DNA of 63,857 nt, counting the filler, from an uncultured Gemmatimonadota bacterium (GTDB lineage Bacteria; GCA-2686955): NCBI GenBank assembly GCA_964490075.1. It is 6 parts of 6 records of this genome, joined end to end, with 100 filler letters (N's around TTAATTAATTAA, not from the genome) between each part and the next. Parts side by side here need not be neighbours in the genome. Positions count along the whole stretch, not along the records: positions 1 to 12,747 come from CAZBBK010000099.1; positions 12,848 to 24,917 come from CAZBBK010000100.1; 4 more parts are not named here. One strand, 5' to 3'. The position numbers and the translations under genes were made by a program. Below, one piece after another: positions 12,321 through 20,565 of the stretch. Within the stretch, counting starts at the first letter, position 1; the number at the start of each line of letters is the position of its first letter. The notes under the pieces are model-generated. The model did not search any database. It was not told where the DNA came from and worked only from the letters and a program-made list of their open reading frames with translations.

Positions 12321-12496
12321 CTGAGCGAGCTCAGCTGGCGCTCACGGTCGGATTGCGATCGATTCGGCGCGCTGAGATGACTCAGGCGGCGGTGTTGACC
12401 GCTTTTCGGTCGTTTTCGACGCCTGAGTCCGCTCAGTCGGTCGACGGGGCCGGGCTCCCTTTGGTCGCTTCGCGGCTGCGCCGTGCGGGCAGAGTG
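12321..12496. repeat. Degenerate 51-bp-period repeat with CTGAG-N4-CTCAG palindromes
   Basis: Palindromes start at 12321, 12372 and 12423, exactly 51 bp apart. 12459-12496 also resembles the reverse complement of the 56515-56715 unit. Confidence 0.65.
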
Positions 12497-12878
12497 CCGG
12501 GGCGTCCGTCGGCGCCGCGTTCCCGCACCCGCCCCGCGACGAACACCGGATCGACGCCGCCCCCCTCGATCATCAGCCGACCGGGGCCGGACGGGAGGGC
12601 TCGACGCCAGCGCAGGGTGCGCTCGATGCGCGCTGTCGATTCCAGCTCCGCGACCGAGAGCATGCGCTCGGCGAGAAGGGTGACGCCCCCGGCATCGCGC
12701 AGCCAGGTGGCGCGCAGAGGCAGGGGCCGGTGGCGGCGGCGCGGGGCNNNNNNNNNNNNNNNNNNNNNNNNNNNNNNNNNNNNNNNNNNNNTTAATTAAT
12801 TAANNNNNNNNNNNNNNNNNNNNNNNNNNNNNNNNNNNNNNNNNNNNATGTCGGCGTTCGGCGCGCCAGAACTCGATT

Positions 12879-12902
12879 TGGTGGGCCGTCAGGGAATCGA
12901 AC
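12879..12902 (-). repeat. att site (duplicated 3' end of tRNA-Lys)
   Basis: Exact copy of 18529-18552. Confidence 0.93.
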
Positions 12903-13054
12903 TGTCGGCGTAAGTTGTTGGTATTACAGGGAAACAAGGTGGCCGACAAGCGCCGATACCGTCAGAAATACCGTCAAAAGTCCGCGATGGGCTTGTTCAT
13001 GGCAGCAGGTTTGGCGTCTGCACTTCGGGCGCACCACCGCTCGATCGCGGCGTG

Positions 13055-13516
13055 TTAGGCGGGTGCCTTGCGCTCGCGAAGGCTATCGGGCCCCCGGTCA
13101 TAGACGGCCCTCCAATCCTCCGGCGTCAGCACCCCCGGCACCACCAGCACCCCGCCAGGTCGATCCCCCTCGGGCGGATCACTCGGCCGGTGCTCGGCAA
13201 TCGCGCCCACGATCCGGGAAGCGGCCCCCAGCCGGATGCGCGGGTCGTCGTGGTTCAGCAGCTCGGTCAGCACGTCGACGGCCTTGGCGGTCGCCTGCTC
13301 GAAACGGGTGCGGATCGACTCCCATAGCTCGGCGCGGCGGGTCGCCAGCTCATCGCTGAAGAGATCGTCATGGTGGCACCACTCGCTCACGGTCTGGCGC
13401 GTCACGCCGACGTGATCGGCGGCCTCGGTCACGGTGGAGCCCGAGAGAAGGGCCGAGAGCGCCGAATGCTGGCGCGGGTTCAGTGTCGGCTTTGGTTGGG
13501 TTTCGTCGTGGGTCAT
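13055..13516 (-). CDS. HTH protein, terminase small subunit-like (phBC6A51-type HTH)
   Basis: LNPRQHSALSALLSGSTVTEAADHVGVTRQTVSEW..DDLF...AVDVLTELL..DDPRIRLGAASRI. ATG 13516 overlaps the primase stop (ATGA). Confidence 0.7.
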   Translation of the reverse strand: MTHDETQPKPTLNPRQHSALSALLSGSTVTEAADHVGVTRQTVSEWCHHDDLFSDELATRRAELWESIRTRFEQATAKAVDVLTELLNHDDPRIRLGAASRIVGAIAEHRPSDPPEGDRPGGVLVVPGVLTPEDWRAVYDRGPDSLRERKAPA

Positions 13517-15681
13517 GGCGCCGACTCCGATCGTTCGTAGGCGGCGGCCTCGGCCTGTTCGCGCGGGATCTCGCCGTCGTGTTCCATGATGGCGGCGCGT
13601 TCTTCGGCGGCTTCGGTGCGGGACGGTGGGGCGGCCGGATCGCCCCATAGATGGCCAGATTCCGCATAGTTGCCCATGTTCCGAACGTGGGCATCTATGG
13701 GTTTCTTGGCCATGTATGGGAGAGACCATTCCACGTGGGAGCCCGCGCCGAATCCGATCCTGCGCTTCTCAATCCCCAAGGTCTCGGCCGCTCGGCGGAT
13801 GGTCTTCTCCGCGTGCCCTTCGGCTGCCGCTTGGTCGAAGACGTGGTTCGCCTCCATCGGTCCGCCAGCGAGCAACTCCCGAAGGAACTCCTGCGCCTCC
13901 TCCTTCGCGCTCCGCCCCCCGGAATCATCATCGGACGCCATCGCTTCATCGGCGGTCACGGCCACGGGCTCGGACTCCCACGCCACGCGCGAAGTCTCGA
14001 TCCCGGATTCCAGCCGATGCGAATCGATGCGAAAGGCAAGCCCGTCGCGATCAGGGGCGAGGTTGTTCTTGATCGTCGTGAAAAGCCGGCGTGCCGGATC
14101 GTCTTTGTCTTTCGTCACCGCGAAAGCTGCTCTCACGGCCGCGACGAAACCGATGCTTCCGGAGAGCCGCTGAATGGCGTCCCGCTTGTTGTTCTTGCTC
14201 AGGTGGTCGACACATACCACCGCCACGTTGTGCGTCTCTGCCAGCGTGACCAGCGGCGTGAGAGCCCCCCGGACCGCAGCGTTTCGGTGTGTGTCTGTGC
14301 TTCCGAAGTAGGCGGAGATCGGATCGACGATTACCAGCGCAATGCTCGGCTCGCCGGCAAGGACAGCTTCAAGCTTCGGAATGTCAGGATCCAGCGCGTT
14401 GAAACGGCGCTCTTTTTCGAGGAAAGCTCGATCCAGATCCGCGCCTACCGCTTCGAGTCTCGGGCGGATGGTGTCGGCCGAGTCATCTTCAGCGGAGAAC
14501 ACGACAACGCTTCCCTGCTCGCATCGCGTTCCGTCAACCGGCCAGGTTTCCCCGTTCGTGACCACGCCCGCGATATACGCCGTGATCTGAGACTTCCCGA
14601 CTCCCGGATGTCCCGCGATGATCGAGACTTTTCCGCGCGCGATTCGCCCGGGCCAGAGCCAGCGGATCGGCTTCGCTTCGATCTCGGATGCACGCCACAG
14701 CAACAGCCCGCTCGATGGCGCCTCGGCAACGGCCCCTACCTCGCGCGCCGCGTCGATGCACTCCCGAACGGCGCTCGCCCCCATCGCCCGGTGCAGATCG
14801 TTGAAGTCCGTCGCCCCTTTCGACCGGTCTTCGCCGAAGTGGGGAACGGCCAGCTTCGCCCCGATGGCACGGGCGGCGCGGGTCGCGGCCTCGAGCCCGG
14901 GGTTGCCTTTGGTCTTCGTGTCGTTGTCGGCGCATACGATGAAGCCGGTCTCCGGGTGCTTCGCCCGCAGCGCCTTGGCGACCGGTTCCAGATTCCCGCA
15001 GTTGAAGGCGATCGCCACCGCGCGCTCGGTTGCTTCGCGAATGCTGGCGGCGGTTGCGAATCCCTCGGCGATGCAGACCACTCCGTTCGGCTCGCCGATC
15101 GGTGCATAGGCGCCTTTGGTCGCGCCGCCGAAGAGGAACCGCTTGGTGCCGTCCGGCCTGATGAACTGTAGCGAAGACAGCTTTCCGTCGGTCTGGAACA
15201 TCGGCACCACCAGGCAATCGCGGAAGCGATCCTCGCGCCCGCTGTAGAGCCTCACACCGTGCGCAGCGACATCTTTGCGCTTCAGATATGGGTGATCGTC
15301 TGGCGCGCGTGTAGCGGCCTTCCAGATCGCCTGAGCGCGCCTTGCTGCATCGGCGTGCCTGCGCTCGGTGTCTCGCTCTCGCTCGCGCCGGGCGGCCTTC
15401 ATCCGCTCTTCGTGCGCCTCGCGTTCCGTCGTCGAGAAGCCCCGGCCGATATCAGCGCACCAGGTCTCTTCGATGCCGGCGCGCCAGCAGCCGAACATGC
15501 CGGCGGGAATCCCGTCGGCGTGCAGCACGTAGTAGCCCGCATCGTCGCCTCGCTTGTCGCGGGTCGGGAAACGATGCAGCTCGCCGTCGGCGCGGATCTC
15601 GGGCGGCGGGTTGATGCCGGCGGCGGTCATGGCTTTCGTGAATCGTGAGACGGCCTCGTAGGTGTCCACGGTCGGCCTCAC
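13513..15681 (-). CDS. Primase-helicase (Toprim + AAA_25/RepA-like helicase)
   Basis: HPYLKRK, IAEGFATA, CADND, TDFNDL (Toprim); WLWPGRIARGKVSIIAGHPGVGKS, IVDPISAY, KNNLAP (helicase). Confidence 0.92.
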   Translation of the reverse strand: MRPTVDTYEAVSRFTKAMTAAGINPPPEIRADGELHRFPTRDKRGDDAGYYVLHADGIPAGMFGCWRAGIEETWCADIGRGFSTTEREAHEERMKAARRERERDTERRHADAARRAQAIWKAATRAPDDHPYLKRKDVAAHGVRLYSGREDRFRDCLVVPMFQTDGKLSSLQFIRPDGTKRFLFGGATKGAYAPIGEPNGVVCIAEGFATAASIREATERAVAIAFNCGNLEPVAKALRAKHPETGFIVCADNDTKTKGNPGLEAATRAARAIGAKLAVPHFGEDRSKGATDFNDLHRAMGASAVRECIDAAREVGAVAEAPSSGLLLWRASEIEAKPIRWLWPGRIARGKVSIIAGHPGVGKSQITAYIAGVVTNGETWPVDGTRCEQGSVVVFSAEDDSADTIRPRLEAVGADLDRAFLEKERRFNALDPDIPKLEAVLAGEPSIALVIVDPISAYFGSTDTHRNAAVRGALTPLVTLAETHNVAVVCVDHLSKNNKRDAIQRLSGSIGFVAAVRAAFAVTKDKDDPARRLFTTIKNNLAPDRDGLAFRIDSHRLESGIETSRVAWESEPVAVTADEAMASDDDSGGRSAKEEAQEFLRELLAGGPMEANHVFDQAAAEGHAEKTIRRAAETLGIEKRRIGFGAGSHVEWSLPYMAKKPIDAHVRNMGNYAESGHLWGDPAAPPSRTEAAEERAAIMEHDGEIPREQAEAAAYERSESAP
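13644..13720. repeat. Four 14-bp iteron-like repeats (putative origin) within the 3' end of the primase gene
   Basis: CCCATAGATGGCCA (13644) and CGCATAGTTGCCCA (13663), with inverted copies at 13688-13701 and 13707-13720. Spacing is 19 bp within each pair. Confidence 0.75.
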
Positions 15682-15818
15682 ACTTCGGAGAGACCGAGCC
15701 GCTCAATCGCGCGGTCGGCGAACCCATAGGACATCAGCCCGTGGCACCAGAGCCACATGATGCCGAACTTGAGTCTGGACTTGAGCAAGCCGACGATGCA
15801 ACCAGCCCGGGCGCTCAT
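15678..15818 (-). CDS. 46-aa small hydrophobic protein between alpA and primase
   Basis: MSARAGCIVGLLKSRLKFGIMWLWCHGLMSYGFADRAIERLGLSEV. ATGA overlap with alpA and GTGA overlap with primase. Below the ORF-track cutoff. Confidence 0.7.
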   Translation of the reverse strand: MSARAGCIVGLLKSRLKFGIMWLWCHGLMSYGFADRAIERLGLSEV

Positions 15819-16027
15819 CGCTCCGCCCCCGACTCGGCCAGGTCGCGGCGTTCAACCTGCTCGGCGAGCCAAGTTTCGAGCTCGCTGGACAACCAGCCGA
15901 CCGCCCGACCGCCAAGGTTGACTTGTCGCGGGAATGTGCCTTCGGCGATGCGGAGATAGACGGTGCTACGGGAAAGCCCGGTGCGGGAAAGAACTGCGGG
16001 TAGGCGTAGCAGGATTATGTCGGTCAT
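15815..16027 (-). CDS. alpA: AlpA family phage regulator/excisionase
   Basis: LLRLPAVLSRTGLSRSTVYLRIAEGTFPRQVNLGGRAVGWLSSELETW. Confidence 0.95.
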   Translation of the reverse strand: MTDIILLRLPAVLSRTGLSRSTVYLRIAEGTFPRQVNLGGRAVGWLSSELETWLAEQVERRDLAESGAER

Positions 16028-16135
16028 CGGTGCCCTTTCTGCGCCGTTCTTGGCGCGCTGTGGACTTGATGACCGTCAACTTAGGTGCAAGCGGAGCTTG
16101 CTAGCGGGAGAGCGGCGAGATTAGCGGGAATCCCG

Positions 16136-16954
16136 TTAGCGAGCTTCCTCAGTTCGCAGCAGGGACGCCGCTTCCTTGAGGTAGCGACGAACGGTCTGTT
16201 CGTCGATCGTCAGCCCCGCATTCTGCACCGCCAACTTCACTTTCCCCGTAACCGCGCTGCGCGGAACCGTACCGTCCGTATTCGGCACACCGTAGTCCCG
16301 TGAAAGTCCGCGGGGCTTGGCCAGACCAGCAATCAGCTTCAGCATGGACTCGCGCTCGTTGGGGAGAACATCAGCGCGTGCTCGGTCCCACGCATCCCCA
16401 AGCCAAGCCCTGACCAACTCCGTCGGCTGCTCCCCGTTCTCACGCAACCATCGGGCCAGCTCTTCCCGATTGACGATGGCATGAAACGACCTGCGCACCA
16501 GCTCGCCAGCGTCGTTCTGGTACCCGAACAGCTCAAGCAACACCTCATCGTGGGAAAGGTCGAACCACTCATCGAGGTTGAACGCCAAGTCGTTCAGCTC
16601 TTTCCCCCCAAGCCACTCTCCTCCCACTGGCATTGGTGGCGGTTCGAGTTGCGGTTCGCTTTCGACGTCGGCCCGCGTACGTGTGTGCGTCAACCGACAC
16701 GGGTCGGAACCGGAAACCGGCTTTTCGGATGGACAACCGACAACGGCGCACGAGATCGCGCGGTGAAGCGAGTGCAGCATTGATCGGCGTTCGTCCTTAT
16801 CGGCAGGATCCGGGAATTGGAGCACGACGGCCTGTACCAGCTCGAAGGCGTCTGGCCACCCGCCCCCGCGATTCGTCGTGTCCAACTTCAGCAACTCCGC
16901 TGCTTGATGATACGAATAGTGGCTTGCCGTGCCGTCACTCTCTGCCTTGCCCAT
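16136..16954 (-). CDS. Hypothetical satellite protein with C-terminal HTH-like segment
   Basis: 272-aa ORF between int and alpA. C-terminus ERESMLKLIAGL...TIDEQTVRRYLKEA. Confidence 0.65.
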   Translation of the reverse strand: MGKAESDGTASHYSYHQAAELLKLDTTNRGGGWPDAFELVQAVVLQFPDPADKDERRSMLHSLHRAISCAVVGCPSEKPVSGSDPCRLTHTRTRADVESEPQLEPPPMPVGGEWLGGKELNDLAFNLDEWFDLSHDEVLLELFGYQNDAGELVRRSFHAIVNREELARWLRENGEQPTELVRAWLGDAWDRARADVLPNERESMLKLIAGLAKPRGLSRDYGVPNTDGTVPRSAVTGKVKLAVQNAGLTIDEQTVRRYLKEAASLLRTEEAR

Positions 16955-17046
16955 ACCGCTCCTTCACGCCCTTGCCAAAGAAAACCGCGCCAACCGGAGC
17001 AAGGGAACTCCGGCTTTCGGTGCGTCCACCTAGGCGCGGCCATTTC

Positions 17047-18261
17047 TCACGCTCGCCGGTGGATCGGGACCACTTCCGCCCCGTCCCTCAGCGAGTCCAG
17101 GTAGTTAGCCCACGCTTGCATCATGCGCCGGCGCTCTTCGAGGTGCTCGGCGTAGTTGTAGGCCGCGCGGACCGTGTTGCGTTCGACGTGCGCCAACTGG
17201 CGCTCGATCGCGTCGCGGTTCCAGCCCTGCTCGTTCAGGATCGTCGATGCCATCGACCGGAAGCCGTGCGCGGTCATCTCGTCCTTGGTGAACCCGAGCC
17301 TTCGTAGCGCGGCGTTCAACGTGTTCTCGCTGAAGGGTCGCTCCCTCGTTCGCTCGCTCGGGAACACCAGCTTTCCGGCGCCGGTCAGCGGTTGCAGCTC
17401 GCGCAGGATCGCCACCGCTTGGCGGGAGAGCGGAACCAGGTGCCGCGCGCCCATCTTCATCCGCTCGCCCGGAATCCGCCACTCGGCCGCGTCCAGGTCG
17501 ATCTCGGCCCACTCGGCGCCCCGCAGCTCTCCCGGCCGCACGAACACCAGCGGCGCCATGCGCAGCGCGCAGCGCGTCACCAGCGAGCCCTCGTAGCCTT
17601 CGATCGCGCGCAGCAACGCGCCGATCCCCTTCGGCTCGGTGATCGTCGGGTAGTGCTTCGAGCACGCCGGCGGAAGCGCCCCCCGCAGGTCGCCCGTCGG
17701 GTCACGCTGCGCCTTGCCGATCGCCACGCCGTAACGGAAGACTTGGCTGCAACTCTGGAGCTCACGGTGCGCGGTTTCGAGGGCGCCTCGGGCCTCGACT
17801 CGCCGCAACACGGTCAGGATCTCGGGCGCGCCGATCTCGGCAATCGGTCGGTCCCCGAGCCACGGGAAGACGTCTCGCTCCAGCCGTCGCATGATCCGCC
17901 CCGCGTGACTCTTCGCCCAGCGCGGCGCGTTCTTCGCGAACCACTCTCGCGCCACGGCCTCGAAGCTCTCTTCGGCGATCGTCGCCCGCCTCGCCCTTGC
18001 CTGCTTGCGCGCCTCGCCCGGATCGATCCCGCGTGCCAGAGCGCTTCGGGCGGCGGCGTGCAGCTCGCGCGCCTCGCGCAACCCCACCTCCGGGACTCGC
18101 CCGATCGCCAGCGTCTTGCGCTTGCCATCGAAGCGGTAATCGAAGCGCCAGAGCTTCCCTCCGGCCGGCGTCACCAGCAGGTAGAGCCCGTGTCCATCGG
18201 TCAGCTTCCGCGCCTTGTCGCTTGCCTGGACGTTGCGCACGGCCGTCGCTGTCAGCGGCAT
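17047..18261 (-). CDS. int: P4-family tyrosine integrase with arm-binding domain
   Basis: KLTDGHGLYLLV..GGKLWRFDYR arm domain; VRPGELR, HGFRSMAST, QLAH, AAYNYAEHLEERRRMMQAWA. Confidence 0.96.
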   Translation of the reverse strand: MPLTATAVRNVQASDKARKLTDGHGLYLLVTPAGGKLWRFDYRFDGKRKTLAIGRVPEVGLREARELHAAARSALARGIDPGEARKQARARRATIAEESFEAVAREWFAKNAPRWAKSHAGRIMRRLERDVFPWLGDRPIAEIGAPEILTVLRRVEARGALETAHRELQSCSQVFRYGVAIGKAQRDPTGDLRGALPPACSKHYPTITEPKGIGALLRAIEGYEGSLVTRCALRMAPLVFVRPGELRGAEWAEIDLDAAEWRIPGERMKMGARHLVPLSRQAVAILRELQPLTGAGKLVFPSERTRERPFSENTLNAALRRLGFTKDEMTAHGFRSMASTILNEQGWNRDAIERQLAHVERNTVRAAYNYAEHLEERRRMMQAWANYLDSLRDGAEVVPIHRRA

Positions 18262-18461
18262 CGCATCCCCCTTCCGAAAGTGGTCCTCGGTTCGGTTCCC
18301 GGTGTTCCGGGTGCCTGCCGTTGCACCTGCATCTCGTTGTGGGCCATCATGTTCGGCTCCGATTCGCGGTATCGACTCTGCCGCACCCCTCGAATACCGC
18401 CGAATCTACCGTCGAATACCGTCGGGTGTCAATGGAAACGACGGGATCTCGCCGGACATAG

Positions 18462-18505
18462 AGAAAGCCCGAAAGCGTTGGTGTTCCTCAGCTTTCGGGC
18501 TCTCT
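18462..18505 (-). terminator. Stem-loop downstream of tRNA-Lys
   Basis: AGAAAGCCCGAAAGC ... GCTTTCGGGCTCTCT inverted repeat. Confidence 0.55.
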
Positions 18506-18528
18506 GCGGACTTCGTCGGAAGTCGATA

Positions 18529-18604
18529 TGGTGGGCCGTCAGGGAATCGAACCCTGGACCTTGAGATTAAAAGTCTCCTGCTCTGCCAACTGAGCTAACG
18601 GCCC
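18529..18604 (-). tRNA. tRNA-Lys (TTT)
   Basis: GGGCCGTTAGCTCAGTTGGCAGAGCAGGAGACTTTTAATCTCAAGGTCCAGGGTTCGATTCCCTGACGGCCCACCA: 76 nt, cloverleaf, encoded CCA. Confidence 0.97.
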
Positions 18605-18636
18605 GGGCAGAGGTTAGGGCCGGATCGGCTCCGGGG

Positions 18637-19932
18637 TCAATCGAACACCCGGTGGCTCGGCATCTCGATCGTCTGCTCGCGATCGGCTCCCACCGATACC
18701 AGCCCCACCGACACCCCGGTCAGCGCGCCGATGCGATCCAGGAAGCTACGCGCGCGCGCCGGCAGTTCCGTCGCCGTGCGGATCTCGCTGGTCTGCTCCC
18801 GCCATCCGCGCACCCACTCGTAGACCGGCTCCACGCGCGCCCAGTCCTCGCAGCGCAGCGGCACATCCTCGATCTCCCGGCCCTCGATCCGGTAGCCGAC
18901 GCAGATGCCGATCGTGTCCAGGGAATCGAGCACGTCGAGCTTGGTCACCGCCAGCTCGTCCAGCCCGTTTATGCGCGCCGCGTAGCGCACCGCGACCGCA
19001 TCGAACCAGCCGCAGCGGCGCGGCCGACCGGTGGTGGCGCCGAACTCGTTGCCCCACTCTCTGAGTCGATCTCCCTGCTCGCCCTCCAGCTCGGTCGGGA
19101 AGGGACCGTTGCCGACCCGCGTCGTGTAGGCCTTGGCGATTCCGACCACCCGCCCGATCCGCGACGGCCCGATGCCGGTGCCAAGGCACGCTCCGCCCGC
19201 CGTCGGGTTGCTCGAGGTCACGAAGGGATAGGTTCCGTGATCGACGTCGAGCATCGTGCCCTGCGCCCCTTCCAGGAGCAGTCGCCGCCCCGCCGCCAGC
19301 GCGCGATCGAGCACCAACGAAATGTCGCGCACCTCCGGCGCCAGGCGCCGTCCGGCCGCGAGATAGGGCTCCAGCACCTCCTCGACGCCGATCGCCGGCG
19401 CGCCAAAGAGCTCGTGCAGCACCCGGTTCCCGCGCGCCAGCAGCGTCTCGAGCCGCGCTTCGAAGCGCTCCGGCTGCAACAGATCCCCGACCTGGATGCC
19501 ATGTCGCGACACCTTGTCGGCGTACGCGGGCCCGATCCCCCGGCGAGTCGTGCCGATCGCCTCGCCCCCCATGCTCTGCTCGAACGCCTGGTCCAGCGCC
19601 TTGTGGATCGGCAGGATCAGGTGCGCCTTCGCGCTCACCAGCACCCGTCCATCGGTCTCGATCCCGAGCGAGCGAATCGAATCCAGCTCCTCGAGCAGCG
19701 CGATCGGGTCGACCACCACACCGTTGCCGATCACGCAGATCTTGTCGGGGTAGAGCACGCCCGAGGGCACCAGGTGGAAAACGAACTTTCGCCCTCCGGC
19801 CACCACCGTATGCCCGGCATTGGCGCCTCCCTGGTAGCGCGCCACGATGTCGGCGCGCATGCTCAGGTAGTCGATGATCTTGGCCTTGCCCTCGTCGCCC
19901 CACTGGGCGCCCACGATCGCGGCAGCTTTCAT
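18637..19932 (-). CDS. purA: Adenylosuccinate synthetase
   Basis: VGAQWGDEGKAK, GGANAGHT, GTTRRGIGPAY, EGAQG..LDVDHGTYPFVTSS, TTGRPRRCGWFD. Start at ATG 19932. Confidence 0.97.
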   Translation of the reverse strand: MKAAAIVGAQWGDEGKAKIIDYLSMRADIVARYQGGANAGHTVVAGGRKFVFHLVPSGVLYPDKICVIGNGVVVDPIALLEELDSIRSLGIETDGRVLVSAKAHLILPIHKALDQAFEQSMGGEAIGTTRRGIGPAYADKVSRHGIQVGDLLQPERFEARLETLLARGNRVLHELFGAPAIGVEEVLEPYLAAGRRLAPEVRDISLVLDRALAAGRRLLLEGAQGTMLDVDHGTYPFVTSSNPTAGGACLGTGIGPSRIGRVVGIAKAYTTRVGNGPFPTELEGEQGDRLREWGNEFGATTGRPRRCGWFDAVAVRYAARINGLDELAVTKLDVLDSLDTIGICVGYRIEGREIEDVPLRCEDWARVEPVYEWVRGWREQTSEIRTATELPARARSFLDRIGALTGVSVGLVSVGADREQTIEMPSHRVFD

Positions 19933-20489
19933 TCGCCTTGCTCCGGCTTCGCCTCTTCGGCGCGCACCACGCGCAGCAGCAGCGGCGCCTTTTCGCCCTC
20001 GTGCCGGCCGATGGCGCGCACGATCTTCATGCCATCCACCACCTCGCCGAATACAGCGTACTTGCCGTCCAGGTGCGACAATCGAGAGAGACAGATGTAG
20101 AACTCGGAGCCGGTCGACTCCAGGAACTCGCGGCGTTCCGGGCGCCCACCCACGGCATCGGGGTCTTCTGAGCGCACCATCGCGCACGCGCCGATGCCGT
20201 GCGTTCCGGTCTCCCGCTCCAACGGTAGCATCCCGGGCGCCGGATCGTCCCTCGTCAGGCGCCCGGTCGCGATCAGCTCTGCTTTGATCCGCCGATGGAA
20301 CGCGCAGCCGTCATACGAACCGGCCTCGGCGCGCAACGCGAAACGACCGGCCGTCAACGGCGCTTGCAGCGTGTCGAGCGCCACCGTGAAGGTCCCCAGC
20401 GTGGTCACCAGGTCGAAGCGCGGCCCCTTCGCCTGCACCTCGCGCACACTCGGCGCCTCCTCCGCGCCGCCGCAACCCGCCAGCGCCAA
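19929..20489 (-). CDS. Cyclophilin-type peptidyl-prolyl isomerase, lipoprotein (start uncertain)
   Basis: LAGC lipobox, YDGCAFHR, GSEFYI, HLDGKYAVFGEVVDGM. Confidence 0.85.
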   Translation of the reverse strand: MALAGCGGAEEAPSVREVQAKGPRFDLVTTLGTFTVALDTLQAPLTAGRFALRAEAGSYDGCAFHRRIKAELIATGRLTRDDPAPGMLPLERETGTHGIGACAMVRSEDPDAVGGRPERREFLESTGSEFYICLSRLSHLDGKYAVFGEVVDGMKIVRAIGRHEGEKAPLLLRVVRAEEAKPEQGE

Positions 20490-20565
20490 CAGGGCCGCCA
20501 GCGCCAGCGAGGGGGCAGCCGCCTCGCGGACACCCGCGCCGCCGCGTCGTACCTTCGGACGCCCT

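Larger units (their letters stand above)
12879..18552 (-). mobile_element. Complete integrated phage-satellite-like element (PICI/PICMI-like, ~5.7 kb) in the tRNA-Lys 3' end
   Basis: Identical 24-bp att repeat TGGTGGGCCGTCAGGGAATCGAAC at 12879-12902 and 18529-18552 (tRNA 3' end). Contains int, alpA, primase-helicase and an HTH gene, with no capsid or tail genes. Confidence 0.92.

Noticed and set aside
12433-12747. ORF fragments at the end of contig 1
   Set aside because: No frame gave a recognisable protein, so no CDS was called.
12748-12847. N-runs with TTAATTAATTAA (also near 24961, 35643, 46281 and 56458)
   Set aside because: Artificial contig linkers with stops in all frames. Adjacency across them has no biological meaning.
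19880-19905. PurA P-loop GDEGKAK instead of GDEGKGK
   Set aside because: A single conservative change with all other motifs intact. Not evidence of a new function.
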